DNA from: Burkholderiales bacterium
GTDB lineage: Bacteria > Pseudomonadota > Gammaproteobacteria > Burkholderiales > WYBJ01
Assembly: GCA_022841915.1 (NCBI GenBank)
Contig: JALHQN010000017.1
Span: 32,377 to 96,376 of the forward strand
Length of the DNA: 64,000 nucleotides
Direction: 5' to 3'
Shown here: one piece after another, positions 55,979 to 64,000 of the stretch
How positions within the stretch are numbered: the first letter of the stretch is position 1
How the letters are laid out: each line of letters opens with the position of its first letter
Program-made: the position numbers and the translations under genes
The notes under the pieces: model-generated
Databases searched by the model: none
What the model was told of the DNA's origin: nothing
The model's input: only the letters and a program-made list of their open reading frames with translations

Positions 55979-56359
55979 CTTCTTCCTCTCTTCGGTGGTG
56001 GAACGATTTGTCAGTTGCCGGATGTCACGCCCGCTGCCTTGCGATCTTGGCTCATTTGGCGATTTCGGATCTGACATAGGCCTGGAAGTCGGTCGGCGGC
56101 ATCGAGCGCTCCTCCAGACCGAACGCGAACGCAGCCACCGCGACAGCTCGCGAACAGGCTGGATGTCATCGGTGCTTTTCACGAAAGTGCTGGGTCGGTA
56201 GCCCTCGCTGGCGGACGACTGCCACGACTGTACCGCAAGCAGTCAGCATCGAGCCAGCTTCGTGTAAGTCATGGAGGGCGGTGATCGGGGGTGGATTAAC
56301 ATTCGTACTGCCGCGCTTGCTCAGACTGGCGTCTCTTCTTGAAGGGGTCGTTGCGCTCG

Positions 56360-57019
56360 ATGAACACAAGATTCGCCTGGGGAATCGTTTGCACCATCGT
56401 GGTCGGGCTGGCTATCGACGCCCATGGGGCAGCTTGGAGTCAGCCGAGCGTGAACGTCCTTGCGGCCGTCATGTTCGGCGCGCTACTTCGGGCGAGTTCC
56501 TCCGCGGATCGAATTTCGTACCTCGTCTGCTTGGTGCTTGCAACCGTGGGTGAGGTGTTCTTGGCATTGATCTGGGGCCTCTATGATTACCGGCTCGGGA
56601 ATCTGCCGCTGTTCGTGCCGCCCGGCCATGTGCTGTTGTACGCGCTCGGCCGTTGGCTGGCTGATCGTGTCCCCATGCGTGCGTGCATCGTGGTGTGCGC
56701 GTTGGTGGTGCTCGCGGGTGGCATTCTTGCTTTCGAGGGAAGCGACGAGTTGAGCGCCCCCCTGGCGCTGCTGTTTCTCCTGTGCATGCGCTATGGGCCG
56801 GCGCCCCGGCTCTATGCCGTCATGTTCGTGCTGGCATTGGCGATGGAGCTGCTCGGCACAGGCCTGGGGAATTGGACTTGGCGACCCGAGACGCCCTGGT
56901 TCCATTGGAGCACACTCAATCCGCCGTTCGCGGCCGGTGCGTTTTACTGCGTGCTCGATCTGCTGGTCGGTAAGTGGGGAAGGGCGAATGGCGCATCGCT
57001 CGCTCGCGCGAAAATTTAG
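56360..57019 (+). CDS. hypothetical multi-pass membrane protein
   Basis: Hydrophobic helices, YRLGNLPLFVPPGH and MELLGTGLGNWTW segments. Confidence 0.7.
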   Translation: MNTRFAWGIVCTIVVGLAIDAHGAAWSQPSVNVLAAVMFGALLRASSSADRISYLVCLVLATVGEVFLALIWGLYDYRLGNLPLFVPPGHVLLYALGRWLADRVPMRACIVVCALVVLAGGILAFEGSDELSAPLALLFLLCMRYGPAPRLYAVMFVLALAMELLGTGLGNWTWRPETPWFHWSTLNPPFAAGAFYCVLDLLVGKWGRANGASLARAKI

Positions 57020-57105
57020 TCGCATGCAGGGCTGACCCTTTGAGCTGCATGACATCCTCTTAGCGTAGAATCCTGCCCTCGTTTTCTCAGAGGAGTCGAT
57101 TCAAT

Positions 57106-58107
57106 ATGGCAATATCGAACATGCGAGGGGCTGTGCTGGGGGTGGTTTGTTCGCTTCCGCTCGTGTTGGCTGCCTCTCCCGTGCTGGCTGCGCAAGCAGA
57201 TCCCGCCGCGAATTACCCTAGCAGGCCGGTGCGCTTCATTGGTCCCTTCGTCCCCGGCGCCGGTACCGACACCACGGCACGGACGATCGCTCATAAACTG
57301 GGCGAGCTTTGGGGGCAGCAATTCATCGTGGACAACCGCACCGGTGCGGCGGGAGCCATCGGCGTGGACCTGACGGCCAAGGCCATTCCCGACGGGTACA
57401 CCATCTGCCTGATCTCTGCTTCGCACTCGGTCAACTCCGCTACCAATACCAAGTTACCTTATGATCTCTCGGTCGATCTGCAAGGGATCACCCAGGCGAC
57501 CTCGCTGTTCTATGCCCTCTATCACCATCCGTCGGTGCCGGTGAAGACGGTCAAGGAACTGATCGCTTTCTCCAAGGCCCATCCCGGCAAGCTGATGTTC
57601 GGTTCCTCCGGCACGGGAGGACTTCAGCACTTCGCAGGCGAAATGTTCAACTACATGGGGGGTGCAAGTCTGACGCACGTGCCGTACAAGGGGACGAGCG
57701 CGGTCATTACGGCCATGCTCGCCAGTGAGGTGCAGGTCGGGTTCGGCACCTTTTTCGGCGTTCGGCCGCACATGGAGGCCGGACGCCTGAAGGTATTGGC
57801 GATCACTGCGTCTAAGCGCTCGCCTGCCGTGCCCGATGTGCCCACGATCGCCGAGTCGGGTATTCCCGGATACGAGGTCGATCAATGGTACGGGGTCATC
57901 ACTTCTGCGAAGGTACCCAAGTCGATCGTCCACAAGCTGCAGCGAGGAATCGCTGAAGTGCTCAGGCAGCCCGATGTCGTTAAACGTCTTGCAGGCGACG
58001 GATCGACGCCGGTCGGCTCATCGCCGGAGCAGTTCAACGCTCACATCAAGTCGGAGATCGCGAAGTGGCGCAAGCTCGCCAAGGAAGCGAATCTCAAGCT
58101 GCACTGA
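57106..58107 (+). CDS. TTT (Bug/TctC) substrate-binding protein
   Basis: YPSRPVRF..PFVPGAGTD, DNRTGAAG, GSSGTGG, HVPYKG, PTIAESG. Confidence 0.9.
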   Translation: MAISNMRGAVLGVVCSLPLVLAASPVLAAQADPAANYPSRPVRFIGPFVPGAGTDTTARTIAHKLGELWGQQFIVDNRTGAAGAIGVDLTAKAIPDGYTICLISASHSVNSATNTKLPYDLSVDLQGITQATSLFYALYHHPSVPVKTVKELIAFSKAHPGKLMFGSSGTGGLQHFAGEMFNYMGGASLTHVPYKGTSAVITAMLASEVQVGFGTFFGVRPHMEAGRLKVLAITASKRSPAVPDVPTIAESGIPGYEVDQWYGVITSAKVPKSIVHKLQRGIAEVLRQPDVVKRLAGDGSTPVGSSPEQFNAHIKSEIAKWRKLAKEANLKLH

Positions 58108-58537
58108 CCGGCTGAACGCAAGCTCGAATGCAGGATGGCGTGGCCACGCCGAGCCATCGGTTCGGCGCAAGGCGCCCTCCCGGGGCTCGGTCACTTCGCC
58201 CCGTCGAGGCGAACGGCAGGTACTCGCGACAGGGGTCCCACTGACCGCGATCACGTTGCTCGGTGCGCCTAGGACGTGTCCGGGAGAAAGGTGCGCCGTT
58301 TGGCGCCCCTTGACGACTTCGCATCGCGAAGGTTGCGCTAGTCCGGGCTCAGTGCCGGCGCATATGTCCGGTACACGCGTGGTCGTCGAGCCTCGATGCA
58401 GGTCGCTCGACGGGCGTGGTCACGGACTTGCGTGATACGCTCGTGATTCGTTCCGCTGCCGCAGCTGTTGCCAGTTGCGACGCGGCGGTTCGGAATTCGG
58501 TTCGAGTGCAGTCCGTCTGCTGGAGGAGTTACCGTCG

Positions 58538-59758
58538 ATGCCCGCCTATCCAGTCGAAGCCCATGGCAATGTGCGCGCTATCGCGTCGTCGCTGATTCGC
58601 GAAGTAGCCAATGCCGGCCTCGGCAAGCGCGATGTTCTGCCATTCTGGTTCGGTGAGCCGGACGAAGTCACGCCGACCTTCATCCGGGCCGCAGCGCAAG
58701 CCGCGCTAGATGCCGGGGACACCTTCTACACGCATAACTACGGGATGCCCGCGCTACGCGAGGCGCTCGCGACCTACGTCACATCGCTGCATCGGCCGGT
58801 GCCTGCGGACGAAATCGTCGTCACCAACTCCGGCATGTCGGCCCTCATGCTGATATCGCAAGCCCTGGTGGGGGCTGGCGATCGTGTGGTCGCGGTGACG
58901 CCGCTATGGCCCAACATCACCTCGGCGCCGAAACTGTTGGGTGCTCAGATCGTTCGCGTTGCCCTAAGGTTCGATCGATCGGGCAGCGGCCAATGGGCCT
59001 GGCGCCTCGATCTGGACGAACTGCTATCCGCTCTGACGCCGCAAACTCGTGCCCTTTATCTCAACTCGCCCAACAATCCCACCGGTTGGACCATCGATGC
59101 CGATACGCAACGCGCGGTGCTGGAACATTGTCGCCGGCTCGGCATCTGGGTGCTCGCCGACGATGCCTACGAACGTCTGCACTACGAGACCGAGGCCCTC
59201 GAGCAGCGTCGGGGTGCGCGGCCCCGTCCGTGCGCGCCTTCGTTCTTGGACTTGGCGGAGCGAGACGAACGCGTCGTGGCTGCGAACACGTTCTCCAAAT
59301 CGTGGCTCATGACGGGGTGGCGTTTGGGATGGCTCGTCGCGCCCCAGGCGCTGGTGCCGGAAATCGCCAAGCTCATCGAGTTCAACACCTCGTGCGCGCC
59401 CGGATTCGTTCAGCGGGCAGGTCTTGCCGCGGTGACCCAAGGCGAACCCATCATCAAGCGCACCGTGGAAAGATTCCGGCGGGCGAGGGATTATCTGGTG
59501 CAGGAGTTGTGTTCGATCGACGGCATCGAGGCCGCGTTACCGCCGGGGGCCATGTATGCGTTCTTCCGAGTGAAAGGGATGAACGATAGTCTCGCCTTCT
59601 GCAAACGCATGGTGACCGACGCAGGCTTGGGTCTCGCTCCAGGCGCGGCGTTCGGTGACGAAGGCGAAGGCTTCATCCGCTGGTGTTTCGCGTCGGATGA
59701 GACTCGCCTCGCCGATGGTGTGGCCCGGCTGCGCCAGGGCCTTGCAAGCATGCGCTGA
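58538..59758 (+). CDS. PLP-dependent class I/II aminotransferase
   Basis: FWFGEPD, NSPNNPTG, DDAY, NTFSKSWLMTGWRLG; GGAGG RBS. Confidence 0.9.
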   Translation: MPAYPVEAHGNVRAIASSLIREVANAGLGKRDVLPFWFGEPDEVTPTFIRAAAQAALDAGDTFYTHNYGMPALREALATYVTSLHRPVPADEIVVTNSGMSALMLISQALVGAGDRVVAVTPLWPNITSAPKLLGAQIVRVALRFDRSGSGQWAWRLDLDELLSALTPQTRALYLNSPNNPTGWTIDADTQRAVLEHCRRLGIWVLADDAYERLHYETEALEQRRGARPRPCAPSFLDLAERDERVVAANTFSKSWLMTGWRLGWLVAPQALVPEIAKLIEFNTSCAPGFVQRAGLAAVTQGEPIIKRTVERFRRARDYLVQELCSIDGIEAALPPGAMYAFFRVKGMNDSLAFCKRMVTDAGLGLAPGAAFGDEGEGFIRWCFASDETRLADGVARLRQGLASMR

Positions 59759-60943
59759 TCATTTGGTCATCGGCGCGGGGAGGCGCTTGCGGGTGCTCGC
59801 CAGCAGGCCGATGCCAAGTGCGGTGATGACCAAGGATCCGACATACATGCCACGCAATCCGACGAGATCGGCCAGAGCGCCGGAAACGATGGCGCCCACG
59901 CCTGCGCCGATCTGGAAAGATATGCTGAAGGTCGCCATCGCATGCCCGCGTGATTGCGGGTTGGCCAGATCCATGGCGAGCGCCGTCGTCGCGGCGCCTG
60001 TCATGGCGGAACCGAGCGCCACGAACACGCCTCCGGCCAGTATGACTCCGATACCTTCGGCAAGGACGATCAACGAGATGCCGACGAACTGGGCGGCCAA
60101 GCCCATTGCTATCGCGGGTGCCCGACCCATTCCGTCGGACCAGGTCCCCAGCAGAGGCCGCACGACGATGCTGGTCGCGCCGGCGATCACATAGAACAGG
60201 CCGATGTGGTCGATGCCGAGCGAGCGTGCGTAGAGGGGCAAGAACGCCATCACGGAAGGCATGGCCAGTGTCGAGCAAAGGTTGAGTCCGGTAGCAATGA
60301 GCACACCTCGATCCAGCAGGGATGTCGACTCTTTGGATCGGGCGGCCTGATCGCGCGGCTTGTCGTTCTGACGGGCACCGCGCGCCAGCGCAAAGGCGAA
60401 GGGCAATCCGAGCAGCGAGATGAGGATGGAGAGCAGGAATACGCCGTCATAGCTGGCCGGACCCTGTAGCAGCCAGAGCGCAACGGCGGGAAAGATCATG
60501 GAAGCAGCAGCGGTGGCGCTCGTGTAGTACCCCGCGGCTTCGCCCCGACGATCGGGCGGGGCGGCGCTCGCCAGGCGGGTATAGCCGCCTGTGTTCAGGC
60601 CAGCCCATCCCAAACCGCGCACCACGTTGCCCACGAACACCATCCAGAGCAGCGGGAAGAGGAGCAGGGCGCTGCCCAATGCCATCAGCACGAGGCCTAG
60701 AGCGAGGACGCCGGCCGCGTTCCAGCGGTCGGAAAGTCTACCGGCGTAAGGCCTGACGACGACACTGGGAACGGCGAAGGCAAGCAGGGCGAGCCCTGCT
60801 ACGAAACCCGATCCGCCATGTGCATCGACGTACAAGGGGATGATCGGTGTCACTACCCATTGGTTCGCGTACCCGAGGAACATAGCTACGCACAGCAGTA
60901 CGAAGGGCCGCGAGAACAGCGACGGTGTTGCTTTTGTCGGCAA
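59759..60943 (-). CDS. MFS transporter
   Basis: About 12 TM helices, motif A GRLSDRW and GTWSDGMGR, RRGEA. Confidence 0.88.
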   Translation of the reverse strand: MPTKATPSLFSRPFVLLCVAMFLGYANQWVVTPIIPLYVDAHGGSGFVAGLALLAFAVPSVVVRPYAGRLSDRWNAAGVLALGLVLMALGSALLLFPLLWMVFVGNVVRGLGWAGLNTGGYTRLASAAPPDRRGEAAGYYTSATAAASMIFPAVALWLLQGPASYDGVFLLSILISLLGLPFAFALARGARQNDKPRDQAARSKESTSLLDRGVLIATGLNLCSTLAMPSVMAFLPLYARSLGIDHIGLFYVIAGATSIVVRPLLGTWSDGMGRAPAIAMGLAAQFVGISLIVLAEGIGVILAGGVFVALGSAMTGAATTALAMDLANPQSRGHAMATFSISFQIGAGVGAIVSGALADLVGLRGMYVGSLVITALGIGLLASTRKRLPAPMTK

Positions 60944-61576
60944 TGGCGCTCCTCGATCGCCTTTGGCGAACCGTGCTGGCAGGAAGTCGCTGCGCTAGCG
61001 CAGCGATCCGAAACGGCATCGATCATCAGCTATTGGCGCGCAGCCAGCGCTGAGTCAGCCCAGTAGCATAGCGCACCGTGCACCCGTCATGGCGTATGAA
61101 TGCGCCCTCGGGATCCCTATCTGGGTCGAATCCGCCCGACGTCGGTTGCGCGATGGATGCCTCGAGCGCTGCTAGCAGAGTACACAACCGAAGCGGGTGC
61201 ACCGAAACGATCGTGGTCAGGGCCAGAGTCGACGCGCGAGAAAGGGGCTGAGTCGCCGCTTCGGCGTCCGGTCGTCGCGAGCATGGCTGAATTCGAGCTC
61301 ATTACGCGATTAGTTTGTACTCCAGCGAGCAAGGCTGGAGTCTGCCGGATCACGCAAGGAAGCGGTAGAAACATCGAAGAGGTGGGCGGAACGCACTAGA
61401 CCGGGAAACACGCCAGCTTCGGCGGCTTTCCGCACGCTAACGGGCGAGGGCGGATGTTCTCAAGGCGGGTGCGCTGGACGTAGCGGCAAGGTGATCCTCG
61501 CCCTTGAAAGACGTAAGCCGGCGGGACGATGTCCCGCGTCGTGCCCGCTGTGCGCACCTTGACGCGGGATCCGAGC

Positions 61577-61801
61577 CTAGAAATCGGAGAGTGCTTGTTG
61601 CTCGCGCAGTTCTTCCAGCTTGCGACGGGCGATCGCGTTACGCTGGTCTCTCTTGCCGCTTATCGGAGCGGTGGGAGTACGCTCGCGCGTACGCACGAAA
61701 CATGCGGGGCACGCAATCTTGTCAGGACATCCTTGCGACCATTGGCGTCGTCCAGGAAGTCCGGAACCGCAGGGGCACAACCGACCGGTCTTGGCGCTCA
61801 T
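61577..61801 (-). CDS. small Cys-rich protein (SEC-C-like CPCGSG, CxxC, C-terminal charged helix)
   Basis: 74 aa; host-like codons in RKLEELREQ; GAAGGA upstream; same strand as and 57 nt behind tRNA-Asn. Confidence 0.55.
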   Translation of the reverse strand: MSAKTGRLCPCGSGLPGRRQWSQGCPDKIACPACFVRTRERTPTAPISGKRDQRNAIARRKLEELREQQALSDF

Positions 61802-61858
61802 CTCGTAGAGGCTTCCTTCAAAAACGTTCGGCCCGACGGCCAGTACATCGTTACGACT

Positions 61859-61934
61859 TGGCTCCCCGACCTGGGCTCGAACCAGGGACCTGCGGATTAA
61901 CAGTCCGTCGCTCTACCGACTGAGCTATCGGGGA
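61859..61934 (-). tRNA. tRNA-Asn(GTT)
   Basis: TCCCCGATAGCTCAGTCGGTAGAGC...CTGTTAA...GGTTCGAGCC...GGGGAGCCA. Confidence 0.98.
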
Positions 61935-61974
61935 ATGCAGCCGATCCGATTTAGGATGGCGTCAGGAGGCGCGT

Positions 61975-62003
61975 ATTCTAAAGTCAGCACCGATTCGGGT
62001 CAA
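61975..62003 (-). promoter_or_regulatory. sigma70 promoter of tRNA-Asn
   Basis: TTGACC-17 nt-TAGAAT followed by a GC-rich discriminator. Confidence 0.75.
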
Positions 62004-62040
62004 CGCACACGGCACATACAAATGCCGTTATGACGCCACA

Positions 62041-63354
62041 TCATGAAATTTCTTTGATGACCTTTGCGATGGTGCCGAAGATCTCGTCGATCTGGGCCTT
62101 GTTCACCATGAGCGGCGGCGAGCAAGCAAGCGTATCACCCGTCGTACGCGTAAGAAGCCCGGCCTCGAAGCAGCGTAGGAGGGCTTCATATCCTCGCGCT
62201 CCGGGCTTGCCGCCTCGCGGCGCGAGTTCAATGCCGGCCATGAGTCCGATGTTTCGGACATCGACGACATTGGGCAGGCCGACCAGCGAGTGGGCCGCAT
62301 CCTCGAAGTAGCTCGCGAGCGAGGCTGCATTGGCGAACAATTGTTCCTCGTGATAGAGCGCGAGCGTCGCTTCGCCGGCCGCCGTCGCCAAGGGATGTCC
62401 CGAATACGTGTACCCGTGGAACAGTTCGATGCCTTCTGGGCCGGCCATGAATGCGTCGTATACGTGCTTGCGGGCAATCACGCCCCCCATGGGTACCGTG
62501 GCGCTCGTCACGCCTTTGGCAAACGTGATCATGTCGGGAACGACCCCGAAGTAGTCCGCAGCGAAAGCTCTCCCCAAACGGCCGAATCCGGTGATGACCT
62601 CGTCGAAGATCAGCAGGATGCCATGCTTGTCGCAAATCGCGCGCAGCTTCTCTAGATAGCCCTTGGGCGGAACGACCACGCCGGTCGATCCTTGAACGGG
62701 CTCGACGATCACGGCTGCGATATTCGACGCATCGTGCAAGGCCACGATGCGCTCCAAATCGTCTGCGAGATGCGCTCCCCATTCGGGTTGGCCGCGAGAA
62801 TTGGCCATTTTTTCCAGGTTATGGGTGTGCGGCAGATGATCCACGCCGGGCAACATCGCGCCGAAAGTCTTCCGATTCGGCGTCATGCCGCCGACCGAGA
62901 TGCCGCCGAACCCTACACCGTGATAAGCGCGCTCGCGGCCGATCAGACGGGTGCGCTGGCCTTCGCCGCGGATCCGGTGATAGGCGAGGGCGATCTTGAG
63001 TGCGGTATCGACGGCCTCGGACCCGGAGTTGGCGAAGAAGACGTGGTCCAGATCGGCCGGTGCAAGTTGAGCGATGCTCTGTGCGAGCCTGAATGGGCCC
63101 GGATGTCCCATCTGGAAGGTCGGCGCGAAATCGAGTGTTCCAGCCTGCTGCTTGATGGCTCGCACGATCGAATCGCGACAGTGCCCAGCGTTGACGCACC
63201 AGAGCCCGGCGGTCGAATCGAGAATCTTGCGACCGTCCTCGGAGGTGTAGTGCATGTCCTTCGCCGATACCAGGATTCGCGGTGCGGCCTTGAATTGTCG
63301 GTTGGCCGTGAAGGGCATCCAGAAAGGTTCCAGGTCGTAGTCGCGCGGGCTCAT
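62041..63354 (-). CDS. omega-amino acid:pyruvate aminotransferase (class III, BauA/AptA-like)
   Basis: FWMPFTANRQFK, NSGSEAVD, YHG, FDEVITGFGR, TFAKG, HGYTYSGHP. Confidence 0.9.
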   Translation of the reverse strand: MSPRDYDLEPFWMPFTANRQFKAAPRILVSAKDMHYTSEDGRKILDSTAGLWCVNAGHCRDSIVRAIKQQAGTLDFAPTFQMGHPGPFRLAQSIAQLAPADLDHVFFANSGSEAVDTALKIALAYHRIRGEGQRTRLIGRERAYHGVGFGGISVGGMTPNRKTFGAMLPGVDHLPHTHNLEKMANSRGQPEWGAHLADDLERIVALHDASNIAAVIVEPVQGSTGVVVPPKGYLEKLRAICDKHGILLIFDEVITGFGRLGRAFAADYFGVVPDMITFAKGVTSATVPMGGVIARKHVYDAFMAGPEGIELFHGYTYSGHPLATAAGEATLALYHEEQLFANAASLASYFEDAAHSLVGLPNVVDVRNIGLMAGIELAPRGGKPGARGYEALLRCFEAGLLTRTTGDTLACSPPLMVNKAQIDEIFGTIAKVIKEIS

Positions 63355-63489
63355 CAGGATCTCCGGGGAGGGGGAGCGGCGATTATACGCGTGCAGGATC
63401 TTCCGTCAGGGGCGCTTGCGGCGCGGGCAGCGTTGCCGCATCCATCCTTGAGGCAATCGGGAGGCGGCACGCGTCCGCTTGCAATCGGT

Positions 63490-63517
63490 GAACTAATCCC
63501 CAGCAAGGACTGTCAGT
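63490..63517 (+). promoter_or_regulatory. possible sigmaE autoregulatory promoter
   Basis: GAACTA-17 nt-TCAGT upstream of rpoE; imperfect match. Confidence 0.35.
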
Positions 63518-63692
63518 GCGATATCGGTTAGGCATCCGTTTTCTGACTACATTTCGAACGGTATACTTGCCGGGCCGCGCTGAACGCAGTTGGTGATGTT
63601 CGTGCGTTGGTGCGTACTGGCTCGCCGTCCTCGGGGAGGAGGGAGGCGCGGTCACCGCTCGCCGATTACAGAACAATCAGGAAACGGAAACC

Positions 63693-64000
63693 ATGGGGGA
63701 TCGTGAAGTCGACCAGCAGTTGGTCGAGCGTGCGCAACGCGGCGAGAAGGCAGCTTTCGAGTTGCTCGTCGCGAAGTATCAGCGCAAGCTGGTCCGGTTG
63801 CTGTCCCGGTTCATTCGTGACCCAACCGAAGTTGAGGACGTGGCGCAAGAGGCGTTTATCAAGGCGTATCGGGCCTTGCCGTCGTTTCGTGGTGATAGTG
63901 CGTTTTACACATGGCTGTATCGAATAGGCATCAACACCGCAAAGAACTATCTGGTGGCGATGGGGCGTCGCGCGCCGACCGTCAGCGAGACGGAAGGCCC
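63693..64000 (+). CDS. rpoE: ECF sigma factor RpoE (3' end lies outside the window; absent from the ORF track)
   Basis: MGDREVDQQLVERAQRGEKAAFELLVAKYQRK...EDVAQEAFIKAYRALPSFRGDSAFYTWLYRIGINTAKNYL. Confidence 0.95.
   Translation, partial: MGDREVDQQLVERAQRGEKAAFELLVAKYQRKLVRLLSRFIRDPTEVEDVAQEAFIKAYRALPSFRGDSAFYTWLYRIGINTAKNYLVAMGRRAPTVSETEG

Noticed and set aside
55979-56182. Upstream part of the 77-aa ORF 55949..56182
   Set aside because: Only its last nine codons match YffB; an RBS precedes ATG 55978, so the rest is spurious.
37472-61934. Integrated genomic island anchored at tRNA-Asn or tRNA-Ser
   Set aside because: No integrase or transposase, and I saw no duplicated tRNA 3' end; the region includes housekeeping-type genes (pckG, metC).

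Overview
High-GC betaproteobacterial chromosome segment (Burkholderiales/Rhodocyclales-like gene order; taxonomy is an inference). The first ~37 kb is mostly core genome: sucA-sucB-lpdA-zapE-acuI-prpE, tRNA-Ser, acs, SRP RNA, pagL, dnaX-ybaB-recR, a cobalamin riboswitch with a btuBCDF-like operon, rluB, prmB, pilU, dapD, dapC, queF, smc-zipA-ligA-hpt. From ~37.5 to 61.9 kb the content is accessory and catabolic: an AtuA-like/DUF4387/TTT module, pckG, a two-component flavin monooxygenase, an LVIVD propeller-COG0523-metC cluster, orphan coxMS, FapA, a tandem DUF2892 protein, a TfdA-like dioxygenase, a TTT receptor, an aminotransferase and an MFS transporter. The window ends with tRNA-Asn, an omega-aminotransferase and the start of rpoE. 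Top observation: a YffB/ArsC(Spx)-family gene whose active-site Cys codon is an in-frame TGA followed by a bacterial SECIS-like hairpin, i.e. a probable selenoprotein that the ORF track splits in two. Also notable: a second in-frame TGA at a Trp position, a SEC-C-motif microprotein behind tRNA-Asn, and a candidate metallo-propeller/metallochaperone/C-S lyase system. No CRISPR, integrase or transposase was recognised. Family names come from motif recognition, not database searches.
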